In this document: positions 28,708-38,692 of the stretch, piece after piece
Layout: each line of letters begins with the position of its first letter
Numbering within the stretch: position 1 is the first letter of the stretch
Position numbers and translations under genes: made by a program
DNA from: Bacteroidales bacterium
GTDB taxonomy: Bacteria > Bacteroidota > Bacteroidia > Bacteroidales > UBA932
DNA: 64,000 bases
Reading direction: 5' to 3'
Assembly: GCA_012515395.1 (NCBI GenBank)
Contig: JAAYYL010000176.1
Location: forward strand, 3,914 to 67,913
The notes under the pieces: generated by a model
The model's database searches: none
Told to the model about the DNA's origin: nothing
What the model saw: the letters and a program-made list of their open reading frames with translations, nothing else

Positions 28708-31065
28708 ATGAAGCGATATTTTACGGTTAGTATAGTTTTAGGGATCTTTCTGGGATTGATGTTGCCGGCAAAAGGCTTGCAGGCACAGGAAAAACATACC
28801 TTGTCCGGGAAAGTCATGGATGCACAAGAGGGAGAGATTCTGACGGGAGCCGTTGTCAGGGTGCTGGAAGGGAGTGATGCGTGGACGCTGACTGATTCAA
28901 GGGGACACTTTGTTTTGAATCTTCCCGAAGGCCCTCTTAAACTGGAAGTTTCCTATATCGGTTATGAAACACGGACACAGGAAATATTGCTTGACAAAAA
29001 TAAAGACACGTTGCTCTTCCTCAAGCCCCTTTCATACTATCTTGAAGGAGTAACCGTTTTTGCCGAAAGTGCCGGCACAAGGCTCCGCAGGGCCGAGATG
29101 AGCATAGAACGAATAGATGCGGAAGTGATTCGGAGGGTCCCTACATTGTTCGGGGAAGTGGATCTGCTAAAAGTGGTTCAGATGCTACCCGGAGTACAGG
29201 CCGCTTCTGAAGGAAGCAGCGGGTTTCACGTTCGCGGAGGGAGTCCTGACCAGAATATGATCCTGTTTGACAATGCCACTTTGTACAATGTTTCCCATAT
29301 GTTGGGATTTTTTTCCATTTTCAACTCCGATGCCGTAAATGATATGACTTTGTACAAAGGAGACATACCGGCCCGTTTTGGCGGACGTCTTTCTTCTTTA
29401 CTGGACGTAATACCGGCCGATGGTGAAGGCCGTTTTTCGGTGAATGGAGGAATAGGTTTGATATCAAGCAAACTAGCCGTACAGGGAAGTGTGGCGGGAG
29501 ATCGGTTGACTTACCTGGCTGCAGGAAGACGTACCTATGCGGACCTTTTTCTGCCCCTGGCAAAGAATGAATTGGTCAAAAATGCCACCATTCATTTTTA
29601 CGATCTGAACGGCAGGATACGCTGGAGGATAAATGATAACAATTACGTTTACGTGACTTTATACAACGGCCGTGATAAATTTGCGGTCTCGGATATGGGC
29701 GTGAAATTCGGGAATTCTGTAGCTGCCGTAAATTGGAACCACACGTTTTCGGATCGTTTCTTTATGAAACTGCATGCGACTTATACCAATTATGATTACG
29801 AGTTTAAAGGCAGCACCAACGAAATGGAAATGGAGTGGGTTTCCCGGATCCGGGATGCCGGGATGCGTCTGGATTTTTCGTACATGCCGGCTCCGGAACA
29901 CCTTTTTGAGTTTGGGTATACCTCTAATTTTCAATGGTTCCAACCGGGCAAAGCTAAGGGAATAGGTGAACTGGAAAGCGGGGTGCAGATAGAACAGGAT
30001 ATTACCATGTCCCGACGGCAGGGATTTGTCAATGTGTTGTATTTTTCCAATGAGCATAAGCTTTTTAACGAAAAAATGGAACTGCGTTACGGCTTACGGC
30101 TGAATCGCTTTGATAATGTTGGCCCGACTACGTTTTACAGGGTGGATGAAAACTACAACCTTATTGAGGAAGATGGACAAGACATCCCTTCTGGCGATTT
30201 CTTTCATCATGAATACGGCCTGGAACCGAGGTTAGGGATTTCTTACCTGATTTCACCCAACATTTCAATCAAGGCTGCTTATGCACGAACACTCCAGTAC
30301 GTTCATTTGCTGTCCTTCTCCTCGGCAGGATCTCCCATGGAAATATGGATACCGTCCAGTCCCTGCATAAAACCGCAGTCTTCGCACCAGGTTTCTGCAG
30401 GAGTCTTTGCCACACTTTTCAGAAAAGATTACGAAGCTTCCGTAGAGCTGTTTTACAAAGATCTGGACAATGTCCTGGACTTTAAGGACCATCCCAACTT
30501 GTTGTTGTATGATAAAATTGAAACGGAACTCCGTTTTGGAACAGGGAAGAGCTACGGGGCCGAGTTTCTTGTAAGAAGGAACAAAGGAGCTCTGACCGGA
30601 TGGATCAGCTATACCTGGTCGCGTTCATTCAGAACCATTCCGGGGGTAAACAACGGCCGGAAATACCGCTCTCCTTCAGACAGGCCTCATAATATCAACT
30701 TGGTTTTGTTTTACGACATCTCGTCCCGTTTGCAGGCATCACTCAATTGGATTTATGCCACCGGGCAACCCGTTACCTTGCCCGAAGGACGTTATTGGTT
30801 CTATAACGAATTAATTCCGGTATATACGGAAAGAAATTCATACCGTATAGCCGATTATCACAGAATGGACGCCTCGCTGACCATCAAGCTGGGAAACATG
30901 AACAGAAGGTGGAAAAATTCCTTGAATATTTCCGTATACAATCTTTACGGAAGAAAAAACCCGTGGGCCATCAATTTCCGGATGAAACCCACCGGGGAAC
31001 AATACCTGGAGATGACCTATCTCTTTAGCGTGGTGCCTTCAATAACATGGAATTTCAGTTTTTAG
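28708..31065 (+). CDS. TonB-dependent receptor (CarboxypepD_reg N-domain, plug and barrel)
   Basis: LSGKVMDAQEGEILTGAVVRV..; plug DLLKVVQMLPGVQ..GFHVRGG; C-terminal aromatic residue (..WNFSF). Confidence 0.9.
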   Translation: MKRYFTVSIVLGIFLGLMLPAKGLQAQEKHTLSGKVMDAQEGEILTGAVVRVLEGSDAWTLTDSRGHFVLNLPEGPLKLEVSYIGYETRTQEILLDKNKDTLLFLKPLSYYLEGVTVFAESAGTRLRRAEMSIERIDAEVIRRVPTLFGEVDLLKVVQMLPGVQAASEGSSGFHVRGGSPDQNMILFDNATLYNVSHMLGFFSIFNSDAVNDMTLYKGDIPARFGGRLSSLLDVIPADGEGRFSVNGGIGLISSKLAVQGSVAGDRLTYLAAGRRTYADLFLPLAKNELVKNATIHFYDLNGRIRWRINDNNYVYVTLYNGRDKFAVSDMGVKFGNSVAAVNWNHTFSDRFFMKLHATYTNYDYEFKGSTNEMEMEWVSRIRDAGMRLDFSYMPAPEHLFEFGYTSNFQWFQPGKAKGIGELESGVQIEQDITMSRRQGFVNVLYFSNEHKLFNEKMELRYGLRLNRFDNVGPTTFYRVDENYNLIEEDGQDIPSGDFFHHEYGLEPRLGISYLISPNISIKAAYARTLQYVHLLSFSSAGSPMEIWIPSSPCIKPQSSHQVSAGVFATLFRKDYEASVELFYKDLDNVLDFKDHPNLLLYDKIETELRFGTGKSYGAEFLVRRNKGALTGWISYTWSRSFRTIPGVNNGRKYRSPSDRPHNINLVLFYDISSRLQASLNWIYATGQPVTLPEGRYWFYNELIPVYTERNSYRIADYHRMDASLTIKLGNMNRRWKNSLNISVYNLYGRKNPWAINFRMKPTGEQYLEMTYLFSVVPSITWNFSF

Positions 31066-31069
31066 AAAT

Positions 31070-31960
31070 ATGAAGTACACAAAGATCATATATACCGTCA
31101 TTCTACTGCTGACCGTTTTGGGTGGGGCAAACGGGTGTACCGAGCCTATAGAACTGGAAGGAGACGATATGAACCCGAAATTGGTGATTACGGGGACATT
31201 GTCCACCGAACCCGGCTACCAGATCATCGAGATTTCTTCCACCGTTCCTTATTTTGGGACGGACTTACCTGTAAATATTGATGCAGCCCGTGTTCTCCTT
31301 AATGACATGGTATTGATCAGGGATGCTCCCGGCATCTATACGACCGGAGGAAATTTTGCCGCCGTTGAAGGAGAAACTTACTTGCTGGAAGTGTGGATAG
31401 ATTTTGACGGAGACGGACAGGAGGAATACTATTCCGCTACTACTACAGTTCCCTATATTCATGTTTTGGAATCGTTGTCGGTAAGATCGCTGATCCCGGG
31501 AGAAGTTGATGTTCCCTTTATACTGCTGGCCGGATTTCAGGATACTCCCGGAGAAGATTATTACGGAGCGGCACTCTGGATCAATGACGATCTTTATAGC
31601 AACAGAATATTACGGTATTACGTCCATTCACTGAACGATTACTCTCAAGACGGGTCCTACATTCGTTACCCCATACCTGAATGGATTCTTACAGAATCAC
31701 TCGTTTGGGATAACGGAGAAACATACGACCTTTATTCAGGGGATGTGCTAACGGTTGAATTACAAACACTCAGTAAAGAATATTACAGGTTTTTGCAAGA
31801 AGCAAAAATTGAAAAAAACCAGCATTTCCCGCTTTTCTCCGGTCCAAGGGGAAATGTCACGGGAAATATTACCGGGGGTGCTCTGGGAATATTCGGATCT
31901 TATGCCGTAAGCCGAAAATCGGCTATTCTTCCCAAATGTCCGGGGCTTCCTGAAAGATAG
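31070..31960 (+). CDS. DUF4249-like lipoprotein
   Basis: Lipobox LGGANGC. It follows a TonB receptor, the usual DUF4249 context (recalled). Confidence 0.6.
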   Translation: MKYTKIIYTVILLLTVLGGANGCTEPIELEGDDMNPKLVITGTLSTEPGYQIIEISSTVPYFGTDLPVNIDAARVLLNDMVLIRDAPGIYTTGGNFAAVEGETYLLEVWIDFDGDGQEEYYSATTTVPYIHVLESLSVRSLIPGEVDVPFILLAGFQDTPGEDYYGAALWINDDLYSNRILRYYVHSLNDYSQDGSYIRYPIPEWILTESLVWDNGETYDLYSGDVLTVELQTLSKEYYRFLQEAKIEKNQHFPLFSGPRGNVTGNITGGALGIFGSYAVSRKSAILPKCPGLPER

Positions 31961-32603
31961 CAGGATGTATCATATAGATGAGCAGGGGCCCGTTCCGGAA
32001 TTGCACTTCCAGACGGTTGCCGGTGCACGTGTTCAGAGTGGCTTTCCACAACGCGTCAAAAATAACGTTTTCAACAGGATATTGCACCCCTTTAACCTTT
32101 AGTTGTAAGGCGGGGTCCAGACCAAAAAAGGAAACGGGATTGCCTTTTATGCAGCGGAGTGAAAAACCCGTAAACCCTGATGTCGGGGATGTTTTGTCAG
32201 TGTAGGCCCAAAAAGTGCCGTAATCCGTTACCATGCGTACCTTTTCCATCATACGGGCGTAATCACCCAGTAACGAAATGTTGCCCAGCATATGGTCTTC
32301 CCTCAAACCGGCAGCTCCCAGAATGGTTACAGCACGGATCCCTTTTTCGTGACACAGCTTTACGGCTTTGGTAAGGTCATTCGTGTTTTGGTCCTTATTG
32401 ATGACCAAACGGGATGCATACCGTTCTTTCATCCGGTCCGACAACGAATCCAGATCTCCAACCACAATATCAGGCTCCCTGCCTTTGAGGTTGTTCACGG
32501 CACCGTCGGTACATACGAGCATTTTTGCCTCATGCAATAGCTGCAAAGGATACGGGTGAGAAGGATAAGCTCCCTGGGCCAGTATTACTGCCTGATTCTT
32601 CAT
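31923..32603 (-). CDS. Thiamine diphosphokinase
   Basis: The ATG at 32603 gives MKNQAVILAQG..CTDGA..VGDLDS..QNTNDLTKA (TPK catalytic motifs). Confidence 0.75.
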   Translation of the reverse strand: MKNQAVILAQGAYPSHPYPLQLLHEAKMLVCTDGAVNNLKGREPDIVVGDLDSLSDRMKERYASRLVINKDQNTNDLTKAVKLCHEKGIRAVTILGAAGLREDHMLGNISLLGDYARMMEKVRMVTDYGTFWAYTDKTSPTSGFTGFSLRCIKGNPVSFFGLDPALQLKVKGVQYPVENVIFDALWKATLNTCTGNRLEVQFRNGPLLIYMIHPAIFQEAPDIWEE

Positions 32604-32604
32604 G

Positions 32605-33573
32605 TTACAAAAAAGTTGCTTTGCGGGTATTTCTAAATCCCGCCAGAAAAGCAGGTGTTTCCAGTCTTTTTTTCCCGGGGGCCTGTATCTCCAGTATGTG
32701 CACATACCCGTTTTTGCATGCCACCTTCATGGTTTTTTTGTTATCTGTGACAATGTTGCCGGGAGCATCCGAATGGGTTGCCCATTCTGCCCGGGCACTG
32801 AAAATTTTAACATCCTGAACCGAATCTTCGGTTTTTAGCGTTGAGAAAGCAGCCGGATAAGGACTTAAGCCACGTATAAGGTTTGCAATCATAACGGGAT
32901 CATGTTGCCAGTCTATGCGGCACGTGTCCCGGGAAATTTTGGGGGCTGTTTTCAGATCTCCTTTGGAAACAAGGGGTTGAGGAGTGGCTTTCAGGGACCC
33001 GTCACACAAGCCATCGATCGTTTTGGCAACCAGCGGACCTCCGGCCAGCATCAGTTTGTCGTGCAACGAACCGGCGTTGTCCCCGGGATCAACCGGAACC
33101 GATTCCTGTAAGAGAATAGCGCCGGTATCCATATGATCATCAATCAGGAAGGTGGTTACCCCTGTTTCCTGCTCTCCGTTGATCAAAACATGATTGATGG
33201 GGGCGGCACCCCGGTATTGCGGCAACAACGATGCATGAAGGTTAAAACAGCCGCAGGAGGGTATTTCCCAGACACAACGAGGCAACATGCGAAAGGCCAC
33301 AACTACAAAAACAGGGACGTTCCATTGCCTGAGTGTTTCCAAAAAAGAGTCTTCCTTCAATGACTCCGGCTGCAGGACAGGTATGCCAAACTGCAAGGCA
33401 GTGGTTTTTACGGAAGAAGCTCGTGCTGTCATGCCTCTTCCGGCGGGTTTGTCGGGAACCGTGACTACTCCTTTGACGGGATATCCCTTTTCTACAAGCA
33501 GTGAAAGGATTCCGGCAGCAAAGCCGGGAGTTCCCATAAATACGATCTCAGGTTTGTTTTTTGTGTTTGTCAT
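32605..33573 (-). CDS. fmt: Methionyl-tRNA formyltransferase
   Basis: IVFMGTPGFA..NLHASLLPQYRGAAPI. The ATG at 33573 is preferred over the TTG at 33579. Confidence 0.93.
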   Translation of the reverse strand: MTNTKNKPEIVFMGTPGFAAGILSLLVEKGYPVKGVVTVPDKPAGRGMTARASSVKTTALQFGIPVLQPESLKEDSFLETLRQWNVPVFVVVAFRMLPRCVWEIPSCGCFNLHASLLPQYRGAAPINHVLINGEQETGVTTFLIDDHMDTGAILLQESVPVDPGDNAGSLHDKLMLAGGPLVAKTIDGLCDGSLKATPQPLVSKGDLKTAPKISRDTCRIDWQHDPVMIANLIRGLSPYPAAFSTLKTEDSVQDVKIFSARAEWATHSDAPGNIVTDNKKTMKVACKNGYVHILEIQAPGKKRLETPAFLAGFRNTRKATFL

Positions 33574-35005
33574 GGCCAAACGGTATGTGTTTTCTGATCT
33601 TTTTCAAAAAAACAAGATACGCATCTTTGTTGAATAATGCCGAGTCGGTGGTGGCTTTATACGTGAGGAAAACCCCGATTGGCAATAGTACCAGTGCCGA
33701 GATCATGGTGCCCATAGCTGCCGATACCGAGCCGTCTGTAGCTAGTTTTTTCCCCGAGATATCAATGACATAATAAACTACAAAAAACAACATTGACACA
33801 ATCACGGGTGTGCCCAATCCGCCTTTACGGATGATGGCTCCCAGAGGAGCACCAATGAAAAAGAAAATAAAACAGGCGAAAGCCACCGTGAATTTCCGGT
33901 ACCATTCCACCCGGGTTCTCCTAAGGGGCAAATGTATCTGGAATTCTTCAACAACAAATGCATCCACCTGATTGGACAACTGGTCAACTTTTCCGATGGC
34001 CCTGTTCATCAGATCTGCATAATGCGGGTGTTCTTCCAGGTTTGGGAGCGTATCCAGCGAAAAATATCCTTTAAATTCCTGCTTGTTGGCGGTGTCCAGT
34101 TGTAGGGCATAAGTAAGCCCCCCGGTAATGAGCATGCGCTTGAGAAACTGGCTGTGTGCAATGGAATAGAGTGAATCAAGAGAGTCCCGTCTGTGTGCCA
34201 GGCTGCTCAGTCCCTGGGCCATAACGTCGTTCCCGAACCGGTCTCCGTCCCTGCGCTGGAAAGCATAATTAGTCAGTTCAATGATAATATCCTGTTTTTC
34301 AAATTTTATCCGCTGCATGGCAAAAGACGTATCTGCTGACGACTGCCTGTCGCCTTCTTCGTAGGATTCTCCGCTATACAGGGTGAAAATGATGTTTTTC
34401 TTGTCCTCGGTAAGTCTCAGAGCCCCGGAATCGGCCAGGGTAACGCTGGTGTTTCCTCTGCGGGCACTGTGGTTGTATACCATCACATCATACAACATGT
34501 CTGTTTCCTCGTTCCTGTCTTCCACCCGCAGGCTGTAATTGTCAATTCCGTTGTAAAAGATCCCGGTAGGGATGCGTATCTCTTCTTTTGTGCGGGAAAT
34601 ATCATCACGCAAGGCAAAAATGTTTTTGTAAGCCAGCGGCATCAGGTTATTCGCTGCAAAAAAGGCTCCTATGGAAATGAAAAACGAAAGAATAATCAAC
34701 GGACGCATGATGCGCTGCAAAGGGATCCCGGCTGCTTTCATGGCAAGCAATTCATTGAATTCACCCAGATTTCCCATTGTCATGATGGAGGCTAAAAGAG
34801 TAGCCAGGGGAAGTGCCATTGGGATAACGGTACATGTTCCCCAGAAAAGAAATTCCAGGATCACTTTCAACCCGAGTCCTTTTCCAACCAGCTCATCAAT
34901 GTATACCCACAGAAACTGCAATACAAGTACAAAAAGTACTATGAAAATTGTCAGAAACAGAGGCCCCAGGAATGAACGGACCAGGAAACGGTCAAAAATT
35001 TTCAC
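33548..35005 (-). CDS. LptF/LptG family LPS export permease (large periplasmic domain)
   Basis: (GTG)KIFDRFLVRSFLGPLFLTIF; 485 aa. GTG start. Confidence 0.8.
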   Translation of the reverse strand: MKIFDRFLVRSFLGPLFLTIFIVLFVLVLQFLWVYIDELVGKGLGLKVILEFLFWGTCTVIPMALPLATLLASIMTMGNLGEFNELLAMKAAGIPLQRIMRPLIILSFFISIGAFFAANNLMPLAYKNIFALRDDISRTKEEIRIPTGIFYNGIDNYSLRVEDRNEETDMLYDVMVYNHSARRGNTSVTLADSGALRLTEDKKNIIFTLYSGESYEEGDRQSSADTSFAMQRIKFEKQDIIIELTNYAFQRRDGDRFGNDVMAQGLSSLAHRRDSLDSLYSIAHSQFLKRMLITGGLTYALQLDTANKQEFKGYFSLDTLPNLEEHPHYADLMNRAIGKVDQLSNQVDAFVVEEFQIHLPLRRTRVEWYRKFTVAFACFIFFFIGAPLGAIIRKGGLGTPVIVSMLFFVVYYVIDISGKKLATDGSVSAAMGTMISALVLLPIGVFLTYKATTDSALFNKDAYLVFLKKIRKHIPFGHDKHKKQT

Positions 35006-35018
35006 CGGCTTATATTGT

Positions 35019-37634
35019 TTAAGGGTTCTTCAAGGCATCGGCAATGGTGTCCAGTGCGGCTTGTAAGCCATTCGGATCCTTCCCGCCTGCCGTTGCGTAA
35101 AAATCCTGTCCTCCTCCTCCTCCGCTTATGTGGCGGGATGCCTTCCGGATTATTTCAGAGGCATTCCATCCGGCTTTAACCAAATCATCTGACAGCAGCA
35201 CGGTGAGGTTAGCCTTGCCGTTGTGTTCGTATGCGGCAGCAAAGGCCATATTGCCTGATGTTCCGCTGCGGAAGGAGAAAGCCAGGTCTTTTATTAATTC
35301 AGGCATATATACGCCCCTAAGTGATACAAATTGGATGCCGTTCAACTCGGTTCTTTGTTCCCAGAGTGATTCCCGCAGAGCTGCAGCCCGTTCACGCATG
35401 TTTTGTTCCATGGCTTTCCTCAGATCATCGTTCTCCCGGACCAGCTTTTTTAATGAGGTTATCACATCGGGATTGTCGTTCATCATGTTGCGGATACCTG
35501 ACAGGATTGTTTCCAGCTCTTCCATTTTTCTTTCCACGGCGAGTCCCGTTATGGCTTCTATTCTGCGTACACCTGCCGCGATGGCACTTTCGCTCAATAT
35601 TTTGAACATACCTATGTTCCCGGTTGCTTTGGTATGTGTGCCTCCGCACAATTCTACGGAATCTCCAAAACGGATCACCCTGACTTTTTCCCCGTATTTT
35701 TCACCGAATAAAGCCATGGCTCCCATCTGGCGGGCTTCTTCCAGGGGAATATCCTGCAGGGTTTCTTGAGATATGTTGCTTCGGATAAGGCTGTTAACCA
35801 AGCGCTCCGTCTTTTTTATATCTTCCGGTTCAAGACGTGCATAATGCGAAAAATCAAAACGGAGTCCGTCAGGAGATACGTGTGAACCTTTTTGTTCAAT
35901 GTGAGGTCCCAGCACTTTTCTGAGTGCATAGTGGAGCAGGTGTGTGGCGGTATGGTTGTTGGCTATTGCCTGCCTTCGTTCTTCATCCACAACGGCATAA
36001 AATTCCGTTTCCGGATTCTCCGGCATTTTTGATGCGATGTGAAGGATCAGATTGTTTTCTTTAATGGTGTCCGTTATCCGGACTTTTTCGCCCTGTGTAT
36101 TTTCCAGATAACCGGAATCTCCTGTTTGTCCGCCGCTTTCTGCATAAAAAGGGGTTTGGTCAAGTACTATTTGGAAATATTCCTTGTTTTTTGCTTTTAC
36201 TTTTCTGTACCTGGTGATCCTTGCGTAAGCCCGGGTTGTTTCATAGCCCAAAAAAACGGGCTGAATAAAAGGCCTGAGTTCTATCCAGTCGCCTTCTTTG
36301 GCTTGCGTGGCTTTCCGCGCCCGGTCTTTTTGCGCTTGCAGTTCCTCTTCAAATTCTGCCGTGTTCACAGGAAGCCCTTTTTCGCGGGCCATTAAAATGG
36401 TCAGGTCCAAAGGGAACCCGTATGTGTCGTAAAGCAAAAAGGCGTCTTTACCGCTGAATTCCTTGAGGGTTTTATCACGTGTGAAATATTCAAACAATCG
36501 GATACCCTTGTCCAGGGCACGCAGGAACGCCTCTTCTTCCTGGCGGATGATGTTCTGAATAATCTCTTTTTGTTTTTCCAGTTCAGGAAAAGCTTGCCCC
36601 ATTTCCGTGATCAGGGCCGGGACAAGGTCACATAAAAACGGTTTGTCAAAACCCAGGAACGTATAACCGTAACGTACCGCCCTGCGAAGAATGCGGCGGA
36701 TGACATACCCGGCTTTCACATTGGAAGGAAGCTGGCCGTCTGCTATGGAAAAACAAATGGCTCTCAGATGATCTGCGACTACACGCATGGCAACGTCAAT
36801 GTCCTTGTCGTGTCCGTATTCTTTTCCGCATAACTTGCCGGTGGCTCCTATCAGGTTTTGAAACAGGTCTGTATCATAGGTGCTGTATTTTCCCTGAATG
36901 GCTACGCACAAACGTTCCAGTCCCATACCGGTATCTACGTGTTTTTGGGGAAGCATAACAAGTTTGCCGTCTGCTTTTCGGTTGTATTGTATAAAGACCA
37001 GGTTCCAAACTTCTACAACCAAAGGATGTCCGGTGTTGACCAGGGAGGCTCCGGGGATTACGGCGCGGTCTCCGGGAGGGCGCAAGTCAATATGTATTTC
37101 ACTGCAGGGACCGCAAGGTCCCGTGTCACCCATTTCCCAAAAATTGTCCTTTTTGTTTCCGGCAATGATCCGGTCTTCGGGCAGGAAACGATTCCAAAGA
37201 ACACGGGATTCGTCATCAGCGGCGATGTTGTCATCGGGAGCTCCTTCAAAGACCGTGGCATAAAGACGGTCGGCATCCAGTTTGAAAACGTCGTGCAGCA
37301 ATTCCCAGGCCCATGCGATGGCCTCTTCTTTGAAATAATCTCCGAAGCTCCAGTTACCCAGCATTTCAAACATGGTATGGTGATAAGTATCGTGCCCTAC
37401 TTCTTCCAGATCGTTATGTTTCCCGCTTACCCGCAAACATTTTTGGGTGTCGGCAACCCTTGAGTAAAGGGCAGGCTCATTTCCCAGGAACCAGTCTTTG
37501 AACTGGTTCATACCGGCATTGGTAAACATCAGTGTAGGGTCGTTCTTAATTACCATAGGAGCCGAGGGCACAATGGTATGTCCTTTCGTTTCAAAAAAAT
37601 TCAGGAAAGCTTTCCGTATTTCGCCAGAGGTCAT
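35019..37634 (-). CDS. alaS: Alanine--tRNA ligase
   Basis: The ATG at 37634 gives MTSGEIRKAFLNFFETKGH. Class II motifs are present, with a C-terminal DHHA1-like GGGGG region. The track start at 37640 is TTG. Confidence 0.97.
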   Translation of the reverse strand: MTSGEIRKAFLNFFETKGHTIVPSAPMVIKNDPTLMFTNAGMNQFKDWFLGNEPALYSRVADTQKCLRVSGKHNDLEEVGHDTYHHTMFEMLGNWSFGDYFKEEAIAWAWELLHDVFKLDADRLYATVFEGAPDDNIAADDESRVLWNRFLPEDRIIAGNKKDNFWEMGDTGPCGPCSEIHIDLRPPGDRAVIPGASLVNTGHPLVVEVWNLVFIQYNRKADGKLVMLPQKHVDTGMGLERLCVAIQGKYSTYDTDLFQNLIGATGKLCGKEYGHDKDIDVAMRVVADHLRAICFSIADGQLPSNVKAGYVIRRILRRAVRYGYTFLGFDKPFLCDLVPALITEMGQAFPELEKQKEIIQNIIRQEEEAFLRALDKGIRLFEYFTRDKTLKEFSGKDAFLLYDTYGFPLDLTILMAREKGLPVNTAEFEEELQAQKDRARKATQAKEGDWIELRPFIQPVFLGYETTRAYARITRYRKVKAKNKEYFQIVLDQTPFYAESGGQTGDSGYLENTQGEKVRITDTIKENNLILHIASKMPENPETEFYAVVDEERRQAIANNHTATHLLHYALRKVLGPHIEQKGSHVSPDGLRFDFSHYARLEPEDIKKTERLVNSLIRSNISQETLQDIPLEEARQMGAMALFGEKYGEKVRVIRFGDSVELCGGTHTKATGNIGMFKILSESAIAAGVRRIEAITGLAVERKMEELETILSGIRNMMNDNPDVITSLKKLVRENDDLRKAMEQNMRERAAALRESLWEQRTELNGIQFVSLRGVYMPELIKDLAFSFRSGTSGNMAFAAAYEHNGKANLTVLLSDDLVKAGWNASEIIRKASRHISGGGGGQDFYATAGGKDPNGLQAALDTIADALKNP

Positions 37635-37653
37635 TTTCAATAATATTAACGGG

Positions 37654-37661
37654 CAAATATA
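37654..37661 (-). promoter_or_regulatory. -7 box TATATTTG (minus strand) for alaS
   Basis: The reverse complement of caaatata, 19 nt upstream of the ATG at 37634. Confidence 0.45.
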
Positions 37662-37682
37662 CCGCTTTTTACTAAAAATATT

Positions 37683-37690
37683 TATCTTTG
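37683..37690 (+). promoter_or_regulatory. -7 box TATCTTTG for the M23/M23/MerR operon
   Basis: Exact TAnnTTTG match, 27 nt before the ATG at 37718. Confidence 0.45.
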
Positions 37691-37705
37691 CACGTTAATA
37701 ACGTG
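37691..37705. promoter_or_regulatory. Perfect 7-1-7 palindrome CACGTTA-a-TAACGTG (candidate operator)
   Basis: Directly abuts the -7 box and lies in the predicted 5' UTR of the first M23 gene. Confidence 0.3.
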
Positions 37706-37717
37706 TTAACAAACTAA

Positions 37718-38683
37718 ATGGCAGGGAGAAGAAAATACAAATACAATCCGGAAACACTTTCTTACGAACTGCAAAGACCTTCTTTGCGTTATTATCTTAT
37801 ACGGGCGTTGATCATACTTCCGGTAAGTATGGTTATTGCTTTGGGATATTACGTGTTCTACACGGAAGGACTGAAGTTGAAAACACCGCGTACCGTACGT
37901 CTGGAAAGGGAATACAACAATGCCCGTTCCAACCTGGATCTGATCAACAAACAAATGGCCCAATCCCAAAAGAAACTGGAAGATTTGCAGGTCAGGGACA
38001 ACAACATTTACCGTAACATTTTTGGGATGGAGCAAATTCCTCCCGAAGTCAGAGATGCCGGATTCGGAGGAACCAACCGGTATCCTTATCTGGAATATGC
38101 GGAAAACTCGGCCCTTTTGATGAATACCGCACTGAATTTTGACAAACTGATGAAGAAGGCGTACATCCAGTCCAGGTCTTTTGACGATGTGGAACGTGTG
38201 GCCGGACAGGCAGGGGAGGTCGCCAAATGCATTCCTTCCATTTTGCCGCTTCCCGAAGATACAAAGAATTTCAGGTGGTCAGGCGCCTTCGGATACAGGA
38301 AAGATCCCGTATACGGAGATATACGCATGCACGAAGGTATTGATCTTACCGGGGCTACCAATTCTCCGGTTTATGCCACCGGAGACGGGAAAGTGGAAAC
38401 CATCCGTTATGAATACAACGGTTACGGCCGGTATATTTTAATTGACCACGGATTTGGTTACAAAACACGTTATGCCCACCTGAATAAGGCCTTGGTATAT
38501 GAAGGCCAGCCGGTAAAACGCGGAGAACAGATAGGTCTTCTGGGCTCTACGGGAAAATCCACGGGTCCCCATGTTCATTACGAAGTGATTTATATGGGCC
38601 GGCCTGTAAATCCGTACAATTACTTCAACAACAATATTGCAACAGAAGATTACCACGCGGTAATCTTGGGCGGACGCCAATAA
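37718..38683 (+). CDS. Membrane-anchored M23 family metallopeptidase
   Basis: TM helix, coiled-coil, then HEGID and GPHVHYEV (HxxxD and HxH). Confidence 0.85.
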   Translation: MAGRRKYKYNPETLSYELQRPSLRYYLIRALIILPVSMVIALGYYVFYTEGLKLKTPRTVRLEREYNNARSNLDLINKQMAQSQKKLEDLQVRDNNIYRNIFGMEQIPPEVRDAGFGGTNRYPYLEYAENSALLMNTALNFDKLMKKAYIQSRSFDDVERVAGQAGEVAKCIPSILPLPEDTKNFRWSGAFGYRKDPVYGDIRMHEGIDLTGATNSPVYATGDGKVETIRYEYNGYGRYILIDHGFGYKTRYAHLNKALVYEGQPVKRGEQIGLLGSTGKSTGPHVHYEVIYMGRPVNPYNYFNNNIATEDYHAVILGGRQ

Positions 38684-38692
38684 TTTCCTGAA

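Noticed and set aside
28621-32603. TonB receptor next to thiamine pyrophosphokinase as a thiamine-uptake locus.
   Set aside because: The thiamine pyrophosphokinase gene is convergent and belongs to the lptG-like/fmt operon. Only 87 nt precede the receptor, which leaves no space for a TPP riboswitch, and there is no PnuT-like gene.
22823-35005. Two LptF/LptG-family genes (22823..23938 and 33548..35005) as a possible duplication or repeat.
   Set aside because: LptF and LptG are a normal paralogous pair. The two proteins differ greatly in length and sequence, and I noticed no nucleotide-level repeat.
35128-37463. Antisense ORFs of 213 aa and 201 aa inside alaS.
   Set aside because: alaS is continuous and canonical on the minus strand. 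The antisense products are Ser/Arg/Phe-rich with no domain resemblance.
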